DNA from: Convolutriloba macropyga
Taxonomy: Eukaryota
DNA: 64,000 nt
NCBI RefSeq assembly: GCF_964194025.1
Contig: NC_134471.1
Coordinates: 37,758,001 to 37,822,000 of the forward strand
Direction: 5' to 3'
Part shown: positions 61,585-64,000 of the stretch, piece after piece
Layout of the letters: the number at the start of each line of letters is the position of its first letter
Numbering within the stretch: the first letter of the stretch is position 1
Translations under genes and position numbers: made by a program
The notes under the pieces: generated by a model
Seen by the model: the letters and a program-made list of their open reading frames with translations, nothing else
What the model was told of the DNA's origin: nothing
The model's database searches: none

Positions 61585-62412
61585 ATGAATGCCGCTAAAG
61601 AATTCACAATCGACTTAATATCCAACGCATCAATAGAAATTTTCAGTGAAAACCCAATGGCAAAACTTCGTAACCAGTTAGCTCAACCACTTATGTTGGA
61701 AGGAGAATGGCAAGTAGCTTTATCTTCAATATCCTTCCCATCAAACATTAACAACGTCAATTCAAACGTGTTGGCCGTTTATGTAAACTCGGGAGCCGAA
61801 CTCGATGCCCCAAATAATCGAAGTGGACACCTTAGAAAAATTCGCAAAGGTATTTACACTAGCTTGGATCAACTCATGGATGAACTTAGGCGAATTGCTC
61901 ATTTGAAACAGTTTGATTTTACTTTTGACAAAATTACACATAAACTGGTTTTACAATTCGGAGCAAATGAGGGTTTATCATTTGAAAACGAAGAAGTTCC
62001 AAGTATTCTCGGCTTCAAGGGTATAAAAGACAACACGCTTAATGGATACATTCACAATGGATACAAAGCAGACAAAACTCTCAACAGACACCAGAGTGAT
62101 TTCCCAGTCGATATAACCTGTGGCTCACAATTAATATTTGTCTACATAGACATCATAGATTATCAGAATATAGGTGACGTGAGAGCTCCTGTAATTAAAA
62201 TCATTGAGTCTGAAAGACGTTTGAGAAACGGCAGCATAAACTTCGTTACACCCATCCATCACAAGTCTTTTACAATGCTGGATTACAAGCCCAAACTTTC
62301 TAACAATATTCAAAACATTAAAGTGGAGTTGAGGAACGAAGTCGGAAAACTCATTCCATTTACTGGAACAGGAAAAGTGATAGTAAGCTTAAGGTTTCAA
62401 AAAATCAAGTAA
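61585..62412 (+). CDS. Minor capsid protein (penton), intact
   Basis: ISNAS, GEWQVALSSI, FVYIDII, IGDVRAP. Confidence 0.9.
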   Translation: MNAAKEFTIDLISNASIEIFSENPMAKLRNQLAQPLMLEGEWQVALSSISFPSNINNVNSNVLAVYVNSGAELDAPNNRSGHLRKIRKGIYTSLDQLMDELRRIAHLKQFDFTFDKITHKLVLQFGANEGLSFENEEVPSILGFKGIKDNTLNGYIHNGYKADKTLNRHQSDFPVDITCGSQLIFVYIDIIDYQNIGDVRAPVIKIIESERRLRNGSINFVTPIHHKSFTMLDYKPKLSNNIQNIKVELRNEVGKLIPFTGTGKVIVSLRFQKIK

Positions 62413-62413
62413 A

Positions 62414-62863
62414 ATGGAAGCCTACTACAGCGACCAATCATCACAGTCAATGCCACATTTCTCCGGTCATTATCGTCAAAGAGGAAGTGGCTTTGGAGCT
62501 CTCGCTGCAGGTAATGGAAGAGTTGCTCTACCATTGGCAAGAAATTTTTTATGGCCCGCTGCCAGAAGAATTGGTCGAGAGCTTTTAGTGCAGGGTTCAC
62601 CTGAGTTGGTTGAAGTAGCAACGAAACGAAAGTCGGCAAAGCAGGCGTTGAAAAGCACGGTTGCAAAAACAGCCCGCAAACAAATTGGTGGTTCTCTCCA
62701 TTCACGCATACCACGAGGCCGGCAAGCTGTTAGACGTCGAAGACAACACTTTGCTAAACCTCGACTGTATAAAAAACGTTCCACTAAAAAAATCATTTCT
62801 CGAAAATCAAAGCCAAGAAGGAGTCGACTGGATTTTTTCTCCCGAGTCAGAAATGCGAACTAA
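62414..62863 (+). CDS. Basic core/membrane-active virion protein, intact
   Basis: YY..Q, HFSGHYRQRGSGFGALA, QIGG, R/K-rich tail. Confidence 0.85.
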   Translation: MEAYYSDQSSQSMPHFSGHYRQRGSGFGALAAGNGRVALPLARNFLWPAARRIGRELLVQGSPELVEVATKRKSAKQALKSTVAKTARKQIGGSLHSRIPRGRQAVRRRRQHFAKPRLYKKRSTKKIISRKSKPRRSRLDFFSRVRNAN

Positions 62864-64000
62864 TATTGTAATACCTTCCGAAGCCACTCACAGCTCATTG
62901 GACTTATTTGAAAAACCGCCTTTGCTTGTTACCTTTGATCAATCATTTGAACAAAAACCTGGACCACTTTATTCTCCCTACGGATCGTCACTTCAATTTG
63001 AAGCGGTAGGTGATCGCAACAATTTCATAGACTTGCAAAATTTATTTGGAAATCAAATGCCGAATACAAAATGTCGACGGAACTGATTTACGATATGACG
63101 CAGGTGATCCCGCTAATACTGATTCCGCATTTTTTGTGAATAATGTCCTTCATTCCCTTTTTGCTGGCTGCACTGTTTCTGCAAATGGAATAAAAATCTC
63201 TTCTGCCAATGGACACTATGCTCACAAAAGTTTCATAGAAACAGAGTTCTCGCATGGGACAGATGCAACGAAGAATTGGTTAAAATGTCAAGGTTATGAG
63301 TATGAAACAAACCCCAGCGCAATTGCTAATGCATTAAAAGATGCAAGAAAGCAGGCTGCGAGAGAATCAGCTCAAATTACCCTTTATGGAAAACTAGCTG
63401 TTGATTTTTTCTCGCGGGAAAAACAATTAGTAAGTGGAGTTACCCTGCAAATTTCTTTCCGAAGGTCACAAGATGATTTTGCCACTATAAGTGAAGCAGC
63501 TGGCAAAAACTACAAAGTAAAAATTGACGAAGTCAATCGTTTTGTTAGAAAGATGAATGTATCAGACAACGTAGTCTGATACATTATATCAATACAATGA
63601 AGTGATAACAAAAACTTTTCTTGCAACAATGGGGCAGCAAAGTTGAAAGCACAAAGATATTTTTACAAAAGAACCCATAAGACGACTTATAATTGCTTTG
63701 TGTGCTGGTGATGCTTTCAATGGAGCTAACACAGTAAATCCTTTCAACTATCAAAAATTTGGGCTGCGTGAGATTACAGTGTTCCGAAACGGTTTCGCTG
63801 CAGCCGATACAAAAATGTCAACAATTGACAACAAGCGTTTGTACTACAAATCAATGAGCGCATTAGCCTATGTAGAAAACGGTCGTGGAATACCATTGAG
63901 TGAATTTTCAAACCATTTTATAATGGTTTTCGACCTGACTGGTACGCAAGAAGCCACACATGATTTTATTCATCCTGAACTAACAAATTTGTCCATATCG
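62853..64000 (+). pseudogene. Major capsid protein, disrupted, runs off window
   Basis: EATHSSLDLF, NNVLHSLF, YAHKSFIET, NPFNY, HDFIHPELTN; frameshifts and stops. Confidence 0.92.

Larger units (their letters stand above)
54182..64000 (+). mobile_element. Maverick/Polinton 2 (left part; continues beyond window)
   Basis: AGTAGT start followed by G-run terminal motifs; same gene order as Maverick 1 from 57075. Left boundary is inferred because the right TIR and TSD are not visible. Confidence 0.9.

Overview
AT-rich, repeat-dominated animal genomic DNA; the species cannot be determined from sequence alone. (1) A complete 17.3-kb Maverick/Polinton (endogenous adintovirus-like virus) lies at 18825-36140, with ~300-bp AGTAGT-ended TIRs and an exact 6-bp TSD (AGTATC). 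It encodes a packaging ATPase, rve integrase, minor and major capsid proteins, adenain, a protein-primed PolB and about ten accessory ORFs, and most core genes carry stops or frameshifts. Its PolB appears to contain a 156-bp GT-AG spliceosomal intron. (2) A second, diverged Maverick with the same gene order starts at ~54182 with a ~200-bp terminal palindrome and runs off the window end. (3) There are five decayed CR1/L2-type LINEs, several MITE/foldback elements, satellites and an assembly gap. (4) Four small minus-strand exons (40.1, 37.1, 12.1, 11.9 kb), invisible as a gene in the ORF track, splice in phase 0 into a 93-aa secreted prepropeptide with GKR/KKR/KR processing sites and a repeated GFGxAGTG motif. 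This candidate neuropeptide gene would carry the whole first Maverick inside a ~25-kb intron.
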